A stretch of 64,000 nt of DNA from contig OZ024743.1 in the NCBI GenBank assembly GCA_964016885.1, positions 203,732,001 through 203,796,000 of the forward strand. Direction: 5' to 3'. The first letter of the stretch is position 1; every line of letters starts with the position of its first letter. The notes below the pieces were generated by a model. That model worked only from the letters and a program-made list of their open reading frames with translations. It made no database searches and had not been told where the DNA came from. Position numbers and translations under genes: made by a program. This DNA comes from Eledone cirrhosa (Eukaryota). Below, piece by piece: positions 41,901-54,100 of this stretch.

Positions 41901-44721
41901 GACAGCTTACACTATTTCTGTCTATTTTCCTAATGAATATCCTGTCTATATACGATCTAGATGACCCTATGCGGTTAGCCCAGGTCCACACTGGCGCATT
42001 AGGGAAATCTAGTCGGTACCTGTCAGGCATTTGGAACTGGCTGATCAGGTTCTTGAGGCTTTTGCACCTCCCGCTCTTATCAGATACTCCCACACAGTCC
42101 CAGCGTGCGTCTAAGATGCCCTTCCAGTCCCCCGCTAACAGTAAAGGGCGAGACGTACCCAGAAAGGCTTCCAGGCGTCTAAAGAAGTCCGGCCGTCCTG
42201 CCCCAGTAGGAGCATAGACGGCCACCAGTCTAAAGGCACGACCTTCGTTATTGTTCACGTCCAGGACCACCAACTTCCCGTCTGGGTCCTGGAAGATCGA
42301 CCATACCTCGAGATCCAGGCCTTTCCTAAACAGCACTGCCACCCCGCCTCCCATTCCCGACCGGCTAACAGATGCAAAGATCTGATAGTCGTCGAAAATG
42401 GGGGCTAGTGAGCGCATGTCGGAAATCCTGGTCTCGCTGACAGCAATTACATCTATTTCTAGAGACCTGAGGTCGTTGAGCAGGTGACCCTGCTTCCAGA
42501 ACGATCCCAGGCCTCGAACATTTAAACATCCTACTCTTAATACGGCCATGTTGGCAGATTAAAAAGAGAGAGAGGAAAGGTTTACTTACATTCCGGGCTC
42601 TTGTAAAGGTCGGGTTGTTCGACCTCCATAGTTGGTGGGGTTTATTTTGGAAACCCCTTTAAAAGTCTTGAAGTGGATTTTACGTTCGGGGTTCCCAGGA
42701 AAGTTGTCTCGTATTTCTTTGAATATGTCGATCGACATTCGCACCAGAACCAGATCTTCCGGCACGCGAAATGTGCTCGATTTAAAGATGTCCCCCTCTT
42801 TTAGTATATTTTCAGTTCCCTGTTGGCCCTCCTGACGAGCACGAAGTTTTGTATGTTTTGTTGGTGTGATTTTATTTGTTTGCGTGGCTGTGGTGGTGAT
42901 GGTTTTGGTGGTGTTGTTTCGGTTGTATCTGTGTTTGTTGTGAGTGCGGTGTCTGTGGTTTCAGATGTTTGTGTGTATATTTGTTCTTGCGTCTGTTTCG
43001 GTTGTTTGCGTTTGGGGGATTCTGGTGATGGTGATGGTGGTGTTGATGTTGGTGTTATTGGAGAGATGTTTGCGTGGGTGGTGTCTGCGTTTTTTATTGT
43101 GGGTGATTTTGTGCTTTGTTGAGCTTTTTTTTTCTTTTTGTGTTTCCTTTTTTGTATTTTGGGGGATTTTGGTTTCCCTCATCTTCACTACTGGTAGATG
43201 AGGGGTCTGTGTCTGTAAGTGTGTCTGTATGTATGTTTATGGTTTTATTGGTGTGTGTATTTGGTGGGGGGGGGATTTCAAGCTTTCCTCGTTTCCCCCC
43301 CTGGGTGGTCAATTTTGTTGGTGGTCTTTCTATTGGTGTTGTTGTTGGGGGTTTTGCCGGTGCTGGTGTTGGTTGTGGTCCTCGCCCCGGCGTCGGCAGC
43401 AGTGGAGTCTTTCAACCTCTTGCCTCTTTCAGCAGTTGAGGGCAGAAGGCTCGCAAATGGGTCTTTTCCCCACAAACAAAACACTGCGGCCTTTTGCCTT
43501 CGGTCATAATGTGAATGACCGTCCCATTCTGAAGGTGGATGTGGTCCGGGATTGTCTTCACATTCTCGGGCCTGATCTGGAGAAAGATCTCCAGGTCAAC
43601 CCCGGACCAGTCCTCTCTGGCCGTTCTGGTCACTTCTATAGGGATGGTATCCGTCCCCTCCATAATCACACATCCCAGAAGCCACCACATGTCAAGTCCT
43701 GCTGGGATTCTGGGAATGCGGAGACGGGCCGTTCCTTTTCCCATGTGGGAGGGGTACATTATGACCTTGCTGGTTTTTCAAGGAGTCATAGCGTGTTTCA
43801 TAGCGAGGGCTTCTGACTTGAACAACACCGAATTGGTGCAGTACCCTCTGCCCCTCTCTATGTATTCGGTGTCTTCTCTGATGCACATCAGTGCGACTTC
43901 GACATCTGCTTGTGGGATTAAAGCTGCCCTTTTGGTTTGTGCTGAAATGCATCTATAATGCACCGTTCTGCGCTCCACTGCCTCAATAGCTTCTACCGGG
44001 ACAGTTAAGTTGGCCCAGGTTTGCTCTTGCTTGATGAGCTTCCATGCCTTGGCCAACTTTTCATCTTTGTTTGAGAGGTCCATGTTAATGCATGGCCTCT
44101 GTTTTGCTGCTGCCGCAGCGAAAGTGTTCTTCTTGTTTTCGTTGGGGGTGTTGTTGTCGTTGTCGTTATTCTTGTTGGTGTTGTTGTTATCACTGTCGCT
44201 GATATCATTGTTGTCTTTGTTGCCACCGTTTTTCTCGGTGCAGTTGGTATTGTTGCTGTTGGTGTTGTCGCTATTTGTTTTCATGTTAGTGGTGTTGATA
44301 TTGTTGTTGCATTTGTTATTTTTTATTTTTGTTATCTGTATTTTCGTTGTCGCTGTTACTGTCATTTTTTTCAAAATTAGAGTTCTCATTGGTATCATTG
44401 GTGTCTTTGTTTACATTGTTTGTGGTGGTGTTTGTGTTATCAAATTGTGTTAATTTCGCTGTAGCGCTCCTCTCAACTTCTACGTCGTTGTCGCACGCCC
44501 GCAGACATATCACTGGGGTCGTAGCTCAGCCATGTTTTTTTTTCTCCGTAAATTTTTTAAAATGTAAAAAAAGTTCAAATATTTGGGCCAAAAGGCCCAA
44601 ATATTATACTTTGCCCTTTACAGGGCAAAGTCTAAGGGCTTATATCCCTTACACAACAAGAAATATTTAACAACAAATAAAGCGACTTACTGGGAGCGAG
44701 CAAAATACATCCGATTAGACC
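38907..44721 (-). mobile_element. Tx1-like LINE copy 2 (family B), full-length, frameshifted
   Basis: ORF1 44533-42586 with CCHC (CFVCGEKTHLRAFC). ORF2 from 42549 with APE, RT (SAYAGD) and C-terminal CCHC-like region. Bounded by (ATT)n. Confidence 0.9.
41461..42549 (-). pseudogene. ORF2 APE endonuclease domain of copy 2
   Basis: LNVRGL...SETR...VYAP...GDW...IDRIF...SDDK, followed by WKLN. Confidence 0.85.
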
Positions 44722-44747
44722 AATAATAATAATAATTATAATAATAA

Positions 44748-44977
44748 GTGGCAGTTAAAAAGGATTTGGAACTGCCATGAGATCAAGGTCGTTCCGATTG
44801 TCATAGGAGCACTAGGTACTATTTCAAAGATTTTCCAAGGATGGTTAAAGAAGATTAGTCCAGCCCTGTTTTTTGGAACACTTCCAAAGGCATGTTTGCT
44901 GGGAACAGCAAGAACCCTCTGATACGTCCTGAACAACTGCTGCTTGATATTCATTTGAACAAACTGTGACTCAAAGA

Positions 44978-44978
<1 letters not shown>
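44748..44978 (+). mobile_element. 5'-truncated R4/Dong-like RLE retrotransposon fragment in (TAA)n
   Basis: Translates KWQLKRIWNCHEIKVVPIVIGALGTISK...LPKACLLGTARTL*YVL, the R4/Dong-type C-terminus. Flanked by (TAA)n on both sides. Confidence 0.8.
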
Positions 44979-45031
<53 letters not shown>

Positions 45032-45269
45032 TTTTCTATATTAACCACAAGGGTTTACATAAAGTAGACATTAAGGACAGTACAGGACAATACAGGACGG
45101 TACAAATGGGCATTTCTGCGTTTAAAAAAAACAGAGGATGTAATAAAGTAACAAAGGAAAATTCCCCAATAGGGGGGAGACTTCCGAGGGACATTTGTGG
45201 AGAAAGCCCATTAAAAGATAACAGTGACCCTCACCACCAGGGCAAGTGCCCTCTCCCAGTTTTCCACCT

Positions 45270-48200
45270 TTAATTTACAGACACATACTCAGAGAAGGCC
45301 CATTCATTCGAGCCATACTTGCTTCTCTCACCCATCTTCAACAAAATGCTGGGAAGAGAGCACTTCCCTCTCTACCCTGATTTTCCTTTTCAAATGAAAT
45401 TTGAAAAAGTTAATCAGGGCATCACCGAAGAGGTAAGTGCTCGTCTTCAGCCCTTTCAAACGTGTCCACCATACTATCTCTTTCGCCATGGCCACCAGAC
45501 AGATAAAAACTGCCTGCCCTTCCCGGCTAAAGGAAGAGGGCGGGGAAATCCTCACGATGGACTCAGCTGATAGCTGGATCCGTCCTACACGTGACAGCAG
45601 GTGTTCGACATAAACCCACAAGTCAGCAATGCTCGGACACTGGACGAGTGCGTGCAGGACGGTTTCGTCGCCCTGTGCGCATCTCGGATATGCCCGACTG
45701 ACGGCACCTCCGTGCCTGTAGAGTTTATCCCGAACTGGCAAAGCTCCCCGGTAGCACTGCCAGGCCAGGGATTTCTGGAATGTGTCCATAGGCCCCGGCC
45801 CGAAAGTCCTTCCGAAGAGAGTGGCTAGTTTATTTTCGTCGACGCCTAGAGTTTCTCTAAGTACGTCGTCGCTTTTCCCCTCCACTAATCCCCCATAGAA
45901 CGCCAAGGTGGAGTTTCCACCGATCACATTGCCCGATTGGTCGAGGGCTGTGAGCGCCTGAAGACATTCCAATCTCCAAGCGCTCCCTCTCAGTCTTCCC
46001 TTGACCCAGGTCTGCAGCTCCGTCAAGGAGACGAGCTGGGGAAAGACGCGTCTAGCAAACGGCGACCACACCTGAGCAACGTCGAGGAAGAGGTGGAGAT
46101 GTCGTAGCCTGAGCGCGTGTCTGCGCATCATCAGCGACGGCATGCCCAGCCCTCCACGTAGCGGGTGATGACAGCAGATGGACCGGCTGACCATCGGAGC
46201 GCGTCCCTTCCACAAGAAGCGAAAGAGCAAAGAGCTCCAGCGCAGTCAGGCGGGGCTTAGGACAGGGTACGACGGTCAGGCGGTAATAGATGACGGACGC
46301 GATGTACGCGTTAGCCACCTCCGCTTGACCTTTCAGGGATAGCTTCCTCTCGGCCCATTTCTGGGTGAGAGAAGCCACCCTGCTCGTCAACTCGTCCCTG
46401 TTTTTGTCCGTCTGTAGGTCTGGACCGAACCAGACCCCTAGCAATTTAACCGGTCCGTCCGTCCAGCGCCCAACGACGCAGTTGGACGGCATGGACCTGC
46501 CTCTCCAGGTGCCGAGCTGCAGGCCCACTGACTTTTCCTGGTTGATCATTGCTCCTGTCACTGCTTCGTATTCTCTTAGTGTAGTGCCGATCGCCTCGAT
46601 GTGTTTGGCGTTCGACACCATTACGGTGACATCGTCCGCATATGCTGACACGGATCTTCCGCAACCTAGTTCGCGCGGGACACCCCTTAACGTCTCCAGT
46701 TTGTGCAGTAATGGCTCGAGAGTCAATACGTACAATAGGGACGAGGGGGGACATGCTTGCCGGACCGAGCGCATGATGTTGAACGGTTCCGAAAGGTGAC
46801 CGTTCACTCTCACTACAGAGCAGATATCGCTGTGCATGGCAGCGATCCAGCCTCTGAAGACGTGCCCAAAGCCAGCAGCCCTCCGGACTGCCGCTAGGTA
46901 ACGATGGTCGACCCTATCGAAGGCTTTCGACTGATCTAAATTGATCAGAAGCCCACCCGTGCCAGGTTCCCTAGCTACCCTCTCTACGATGTATCGCATG
47001 AGGTGGAGGTTGTCGTAGATGGATCTGTCGGGAATGGCGCATGTCTGTGCCTCTCCCACCAGACCACCAACGACAAGCGCCAACCTCTTTGCTAGCACCT
47101 TGGCCAAAATCTTGAACTCTATGTTTAGCAGAGTTATGGGCCAAAAATTATCTATGTTATCTCCCTTGTTCGGATCCTTTCTCAGCAGCGCCACCGCTCC
47201 TCGGCTCACAGAGCTGGGAATTCTCCCGTTCTGTTGCCAGTTGCAGTAGACGTCCGCCAAGAGGCCTCCGAACAAGTCTGGCATTTGTACGTAAAGTTCA
47301 TAGGGCAGACCATCCAAACCTGGCGATTTACCCCTTGTGCAGCCAGTCATTGCATCCTGTACTTCAGCGGCTGTTATCGGCTTTTCGCAACACTCCGCTT
47401 CGGTGGCCGAAAGCCGCGCCAGTCCGTCGAGGTAGACACTAAAGTCCATCCCTCGATCCGGCCCGCCACTGCCCCGGAACAGTTGAGCGAAGTGTCGCTG
47501 AAAAGCTTCACACATTTGCCCGGGATCGAGTAGCATGCGCCCGTCGTGGTCCACCAAAGACCGGATCGTGGCTTTGTTGCCACGACGCGCCTCCGCTACT
47601 CGAGCCCATTGAACGGCTTTCGTCCCCTCGTGTCTGAGAGCAGGCACTCTAGCTCTGACAACGCAGCCTTCGTGCTTTGCATTGAAGAATTGGTCAAGGG
47701 CCAATTTCGCCGCAAGTACATCGGTCGCGATGCCTTTGCTAAGCGCCTCGTCTAATTTTCTAACTAATTCTCCCTCTGCTCTATTTTTCTCTATTGCTAA
47801 AGCCTTACTAAACCTAATGGACTCTATTCTAATTGCTCTTTTCAGAGCCAACCACCACTTGTTGTTGACGATGGCCCCCGTCAACGCCCGCTTAACTAGT
47901 TCGCTAATCCGGTCTCTGTAGGCCTTGCGCGCTGGTAAGGACGCGTTTAGCTTCCAGTAGCCGGGTCCTCGTCTATGAAGCCTATCTAAGTCAAGCACAC
48001 AGATCACGAATTTGTGGTCCGTGTAGCTGACTATCTTGAATTGTGGACAGCCTATGCTAGACCTATCTATTTCCCTACAAAATACTCTATCTAAATATGA
48101 TCTGGATGACCCTATGCGATTTGTCCAAGTCCACATTGGTACATTCGGGAAATCCATTCGGTACCTGTCAGACAGTTCAAAACGCCTGAGCAGGTTGGTG

Positions 48201-48694
48201 AGCCTCTTGCACCCTCCTTCCCTCTTGCACCACTCCACACAATCCCAGCGTGTATCTAAGATCCCGTTCCAGTCGCCCACTAACACTAAAGAGCGGGACG
48301 TTCCAAGATAGGTCTCCAGACGCCGGAAGAAATCAGGCCACCCTGCTCCTGTCGGGGCATAGACGCCCACTAACCTGAAAGCTTGCCCGTCTCCGCTGGT
48401 CACGTCCAGCACCACCAACTTACCTTCTGGGCCAGGAAGATGGCCCGTATGGCAAGATCCAAACCTCTCCGAAAAAAGCACAGCAACTCCTCCCCCCGAT
48501 ACCGGACGGCAGGGAGATGTGTACACATCGTAGCCGCCGAAGATCGGTGCGAAGGCCCGTGCTTCGGAGATTCTGGTCTCGCTGATGGCCACTACATCTA
48601 TGTTTAGTGACCTGAGGCCGTTGAGCAGATGACCCTGCTTCCATGACGACCCCAAGCTACGCGCATTTATGCTGCCTATTCTGAGTGAGGTCAT
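45270..48694 (-). pseudogene. ORF2 (APE + RT + C-terminal CCHC) of copy 3
   Basis: 880-aa ORF with GDWN, YLDR, TDH, SPGLDG, LDQSKAFDRVD and SAYADD; continues in the 45328-46230 frame to RCAQGDETVLHALVQC. Confidence 0.9.
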
Positions 48695-48729
48695 GTTTAA
48701 AATAGAGTAGAAAAGATGGGAAAGACCAC

Positions 48730-50851
48730 TTACCGTACTTTCGGTAGAGGAGGGATGGTTTTTCCATCCCTTTTCACTTGATCGTCTGGTGAAGGGACCG
48801 TTGAATCGTCCCTTCGGTTGGGCGTCAGCTCTTCTATGAGTATGTCCGAATATACTCTTCGGTTGAGTGTCCCTCCTAGGTCTCTGAAATCACCAACTGC
48901 GTTGGGGAATTTCGTTTTAATGTTTGTGTATTGTTTCTGTGCTATTTTTAGCAGTCTTATGTTAGTTGGCGTTTTGATTGGTGCTGGTATTATGTAGTCG
49001 TGTTGTGAAATGTCTGTGTGTTCAATTATGTAAGTCATTAGTTTCTTGTTGTGTGTATTTATTGCCGTGCATTTGTTTTTCTGGGGGTGGGGTGTGGTTC
49101 TGATATTTTCTTGTCGTTGTTGCTGGGTGTGTGTGTTTTGTTGTTGTGTTTGCGATGTTGGTGCTTGTAGTGGTGGTGTTGAAGTTGTTGTTGGCGGTGG
49201 GGTTGTCGCCGGTGGTGATGGTAGTGCTAGTGTGGGTGGTGATGGTGTTGGTGGTGTTGCTGCTGTGAGTCTCTTTGCAGTAGCCTTTACCCTTTTTTCA
49301 TTTCTTTCCTCCCTTTCCAAAGGCGACGATGCGCTGCTTCTGCATTTGTGCCTTCTTACGACCTTTGCCATCTCTCTCCCACCTCACACTCCATGTCTGA
49401 TTCTGTGAGGTTGGGGAGGGGTACCAGCTCCACTCTTTCACTTGTTGTTGTTGGTGATGTTTGCAGTGGAGTTGCTGTTGCAGCATCAGTTGGTATTACT
49501 GTTGTTGTTAATATTTCCACTGCTGCTGCTGTTCTTGATTTCCGTGGCGTGGGTATGGGTGCAACGGAGCTATCCTTCCTGGTTGCCGCTTGTCCTGTTG
49601 CTGGTAGCCGTGGAGCTGGTTTCGGAAGGAGGGGGGGTTCTCCTTTCTCAGGGTCTTCTCGTTGCAGAAGGCCCTGAGGTGAGTCTTCGATCCACAGCGA
49701 AATCATTTCGGGCGTTTGCCCTCAACACTTATGGGCAGTTGAGTGCCGTTATCGAAGTCTATCACATCCGGGATAGCTTCGATGCACTCCTGGTTGGTTT
49801 GGATTAACATCTCAATGGAGGTGCCGACCTAATCTTCTCTTACTTTTTTCTGTACTTGCAGAACTGTTTTGTCCTCGATTCCGACGAGGACAGACGCGGC
49901 CAGCCAGAAGGGGCCTTCCCGGGGGGGGACGTGGGTCAGTTTGACCCTCACAATTTTTTGCCCGCAGTAGGAGGGCACCAACACCATTTCCTCGCTCCTT
50001 AGGGTCACTAAGGATTGAGCCTTTGCCTCCTGGGGTGTGGCAAAAAGTACGTCTACGGTGGCATATTTCTTGCCTCGGGTGATGTGCGTTTTCCGCTGCC
50101 ACACAGACCCCAAGGCTTTTTGTATTTGAGCCTCTGTGGCTCTTTCAACCCTACGGGATTTTGTACTTACTGTACGGTACGTGACCGTACAGTGCTGTTG
50201 GGTTTCGAAAAATGTTTCCGCTGCCTTGCAGATTGCTCGGTGTCCAGTTTTTGTCACCATCTTTTTCGCTTCCTCTAATTCCTCATTTGTTATGAGGATG
50301 GTTTCCAGGTTCTTTGCGATACCTGCAAACGAGATTGCTTTTTCTTTGCTGCTGTTGTTGTTGTTGTCGTCAGAGCTGCTGTTACTTTTGTTGTTGCTGC
50401 AGGTACTACGACTACTGCCGCCACCGCTGTTGCTGTGATTGTTGTTGTTGTTGCTGCTGCTAATGCTGTTGTTGTTTATGCTGCTGCTGATGCTGTTGCG
50501 GCTGCTACTGTTGTTTTCATTTTCACTGTTACTGTTGTTATTACGGCTGCTACTGCTATTATTCCTGACGTCAGACGAATGGAATGGGTTTTCGTATTTC
50601 CCGCACACCTGTTTCGTCGTTGTCGTCGTCGTCGTGGAGAAATCTTGCACGCTTTGCACGAGACTTTTCTTTTCTGTCGTGGCTTGCGAAAGAGAAGGGA
50701 GGGAGAGAGACACATTTAAAGAAGGGAGGGAGAGAGACACATTTAAAGAAGGGGGGGAGAGAGACAATCTTCTCTCTGCTGTAGTGACGATTGAGGCAGA
50801 AGAAGACGGAATGAGTGGGAGTGACCTATGAAAATTCTTTTTCGTAGCCAT
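48730..50851 (-). pseudogene. gag-like ORF1 of copy 3
   Basis: Asn/Ser-rich N-terminus, conserved SFAGIAK block, CFRCGSKTHLRAFC knuckle, Thr/Pro-rich linker, FPNAVGDFR block. Frameshifted. Confidence 0.8.
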
Positions 50852-51085
50852 GTTGTTTTTTGTTTAAAATAAATATTGGGCACAAAACCCCAATAAGCAG
50901 TTATTTAACTCCGAAGGGCCAAATAACGGGCAGAAAGACCCCTCTCACGAGGAGGAGGGTGTTTTTGTCTACAAGTTGGTTAAAGTTTTAAACAATTTAC
51001 AATTGTTATAGCGGTCAAAATTTACAATACCTTACAGAGCCGAGCCTCCGTCAACCATAGCATTCAATAATAACAATAATAATAA

Positions 51086-51130
51086 TTGTTTCTTCTTTAG
51101 GCACAAGACCAGCAATTACCCAGTGCATTT
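51086..51130 (-). mobile_element. SINE-A 3' fragment between copies 3 and 4
   Basis: TTGTTTCTTCTTTAGGCACAAGACCAGCAATTACCCAGTGCATT matches the SINE-A tail. Confidence 0.8.
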
Positions 51131-54100
51131 GATTTCTTTATTGGCCACAAGGGCTGACATCAAGAAAAAACATCACAGACGGAACAGGATGGTACGATGT
51201 GGGTTTTGTGCGTGTAAATATTTTTATTATTTATATAAGAAAAGAAAAATGACATAAAACATATATATACATAAACAATAAAATGAAAATTGAAACAATG
51301 AAAAATTGCCCAATAGGGGGGAAACCTCTGAGGGTGACTCGTGGCGAAAACCACACATAAGACCACGGCCACCCTGACTACCAGGGCAAGCGCCCTCTCT
51401 CAATTTTTCCATCTCTCAAACTACAGACGTATATTCAGAGTGGTCCCGTTCACTCGGACCATTCTCGCTACATTCACCCACCTTTCAACAAACTTGCTAG
51501 AAAGCAGCACTTGCCTCTCCACCCTGCTTTTATCTTCAAGTGAAACTTGAAAATGTTAATCAGGGATTCGCCGAAGAGGAAAGTGTTTGTCTTTAATCCT
51601 TTTAACCTTGTCCACCACACAATCTCTTTTGCCATGGCCACCAGGCAGATGAAAACCGCCTGCCCTTCCTCCTCAAAGGAAGACGGCGAGACCATCTGCA
51701 CAATGGACTCAGTCGACAACCAGATCAGTCCCCACACGTGACAGCAACTGTTCGACATAGCTCCACATGTCAGCAATGCTCGGGCACTGAACGAGTGCGT
51801 GCACAACGGTTTCCTCGCTATGCGCGCATCTCGGACAGGCTCGGCTGACGGCACTTCCGTGCCTATAGAGCTTATCTCGAACCGGCAGCGCTCCCCGGTA
51901 GCACTGCCAGGCCAGGGATTTTTGGAAGTTATACATAGGCCCCGGGCTGAAAGTTCTCCGGAAGAGAGCAAGCATCTGATCTTGTTCGACGCCCAGGATC
52001 TCTCCGAGAACGTCGTCGCTCTTCCCCTCCACTAGTCCTCTATAGAACGCCGAGGTGGATGTTCCACCGATACTGGAGCCCAACTGAGAGAGGGCAGTGA
52101 GCGCCTGGAGACATTCCAGTTTCCAAGCGCTATCCCTCGGTCTTTTTCTGACCCAAGACTGCAGCTCCGTCAAGGAGACGAGCTGTGGAAAAATGTGCCT
52201 GGCAAACGGCGACCACACCCGTTCACCATCAAGGAAGCACCAGAGATGTCGTAGCCTCAGCGCATGTTTGCGCATCATCAGCCATGGCATGCCCAGTCCT
52301 CCACGCAACGGGTGTTGACAGCAGATGGATCGTCTGACCATGGGAGCACGTCCCTTCCACAAAAAGCGGAAGAGGAGGCCTTTCAGGGACAGCTTCCTCT
52401 CAGCCCATTTCTGGGTGAGGGAGGCCACCCTGCTCGTCACCTCGTTCCAGTTTTTCTCCATCTGTAGGTCCGGTCCGAACCAGACCCCGAGCAATTTAAC
52501 CGGTCCGTCCGTCCAACGCCCCACGACGCTGTCGGACGGCATGGACTTGCCTCTCCAGGTGCCTAGCTGCAAGCCCACCGACTTTTCCTGGTTTATCTTT
52601 GCTCCTATCACCGTTTCGTATTCCTTGAGAGCGGTGCCGAGCATCTGGACGTGTCTGGTGCTCGACACCACCACGGTGACGTCGTCAGCGTAAGCCCACT
52701 CGGATTTCCTGCATCCTAGTTCGCGTGGGACTCCCCTCATCGCCCCCAGTTTGTGCAGTAACGGCTCGAGAGCCAATACGTACAAGAGGGACGAGAGGGG
52801 ACAACCCTGGCGGACTGAGTGCATGATGCTGAACGGTTGCGACAGATGACCATTCACGCTCACAACTGAGCAGATGTCGCTGTACATTCTTGCGATTCAA
52901 CGCCTGAATACGGGCCCGAAACTGGCTGCCTCGAGGACCGCCGCCAGGTACCGATGGTCAACACTATCGAATTCTTTGGATTGATCAAAGTTGATCAGGG
53001 CCCCACCCTTGCCAGGTTCCTTAACCGCCCTCTCTATGATGTATCGCAAGAGGTGGAGGTTGTGGTGTATGGATCTGTCCGGGATGGCGCATGTCTGCGC
53101 CTCTCCCACCAGACCCTTGACGACAAGCGCCAACCTCGTTGCTAACACCTTGGCCAAAATCTTGAACTTTGCGTTTAGCAGGGTTATGGGCCTGAAATTA
53201 TCAATAACATCCCCCTTGTTCGGGTTTTTTCTCAGTAGCGCCACTGCTCCCCGGCTCACAAAACTGGGAATGCTCCCGTTCTGCTGCCAGTTGCAGTAGA
53301 CGTCTGCCAAGAGGTCACCGAACAAGTCTGGCATAAATGCATAAAGCTCGTAGGGCAAACCTGGCGATTTACCTCTTGTGCAATTAGCCATCGTTATTGG
53401 CTTTTCGCAACAGTGTGCTGCGGTCGTCGTGAGCCGAGGCAGTCCGTCGAGGTATGCACTGAAGTCCATGTCCCGATCCGGGCCGCCGGCGCTCCCGAAC
53501 AGTTCAGTAAAGTGCTGCTGAAAAGCTTCACACATCCGCTCGGGTTCGAGCATCACGGACCCGTTTTGGTCAGACAAAGACCGAATTGTGGCTTTGTTGC
53601 CACGTCGCGCCTCTGCCACCCGGGCCCATTGGACGGCTTTTGTCCCCTCGTGTTTCAGAGCACGCGCTCTAGCTCTGACAACGCAGCCTTCGTGTTTTGC
53701 GTTGAAGAATTGGTCGAGTGCCAATCTCGCCGCAAGCACGTCGGTTGCGATACCTGTCCTAAACGCCTCTTCTAGCTTTCTGACTAGCTCTCCCTCTACT
53801 CTATTTTCCTCTATCACTACTCCTTTAATTGCCCTTTTCAGGGCGAATCACCACCTGTTGTTGACGACCGCTCCCGTCAAGGCCCGCTTAACTAATACGC
53901 TAATCCGGTCTCTGTAGGCTTTGCGCGCCGGGAAAAACGCGTTCAGCTTCCAGTAACCAGGCCCTTGTCTATGAAGCCTGTCTATGTCGATCTCACAGAT
54001 CACAAATGTGTGGTCTGTGTAGTCGACTATTTTAAATTGTGGACAACTTATACTAGCATTATCTAGTTCTCTGCAGAATACCCTATCTAGATACGATCTG

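Larger units (their letters stand above)
45031..51065 (-). mobile_element. Tx1-like LINE copy 3 (family A), full-length, best preserved
   Basis: ORF1 50851-48730 (frameshifted) and ORF2 48694-~45270. 3' end AATATAGAAAAC(ATT)n. Confidence 0.95.
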
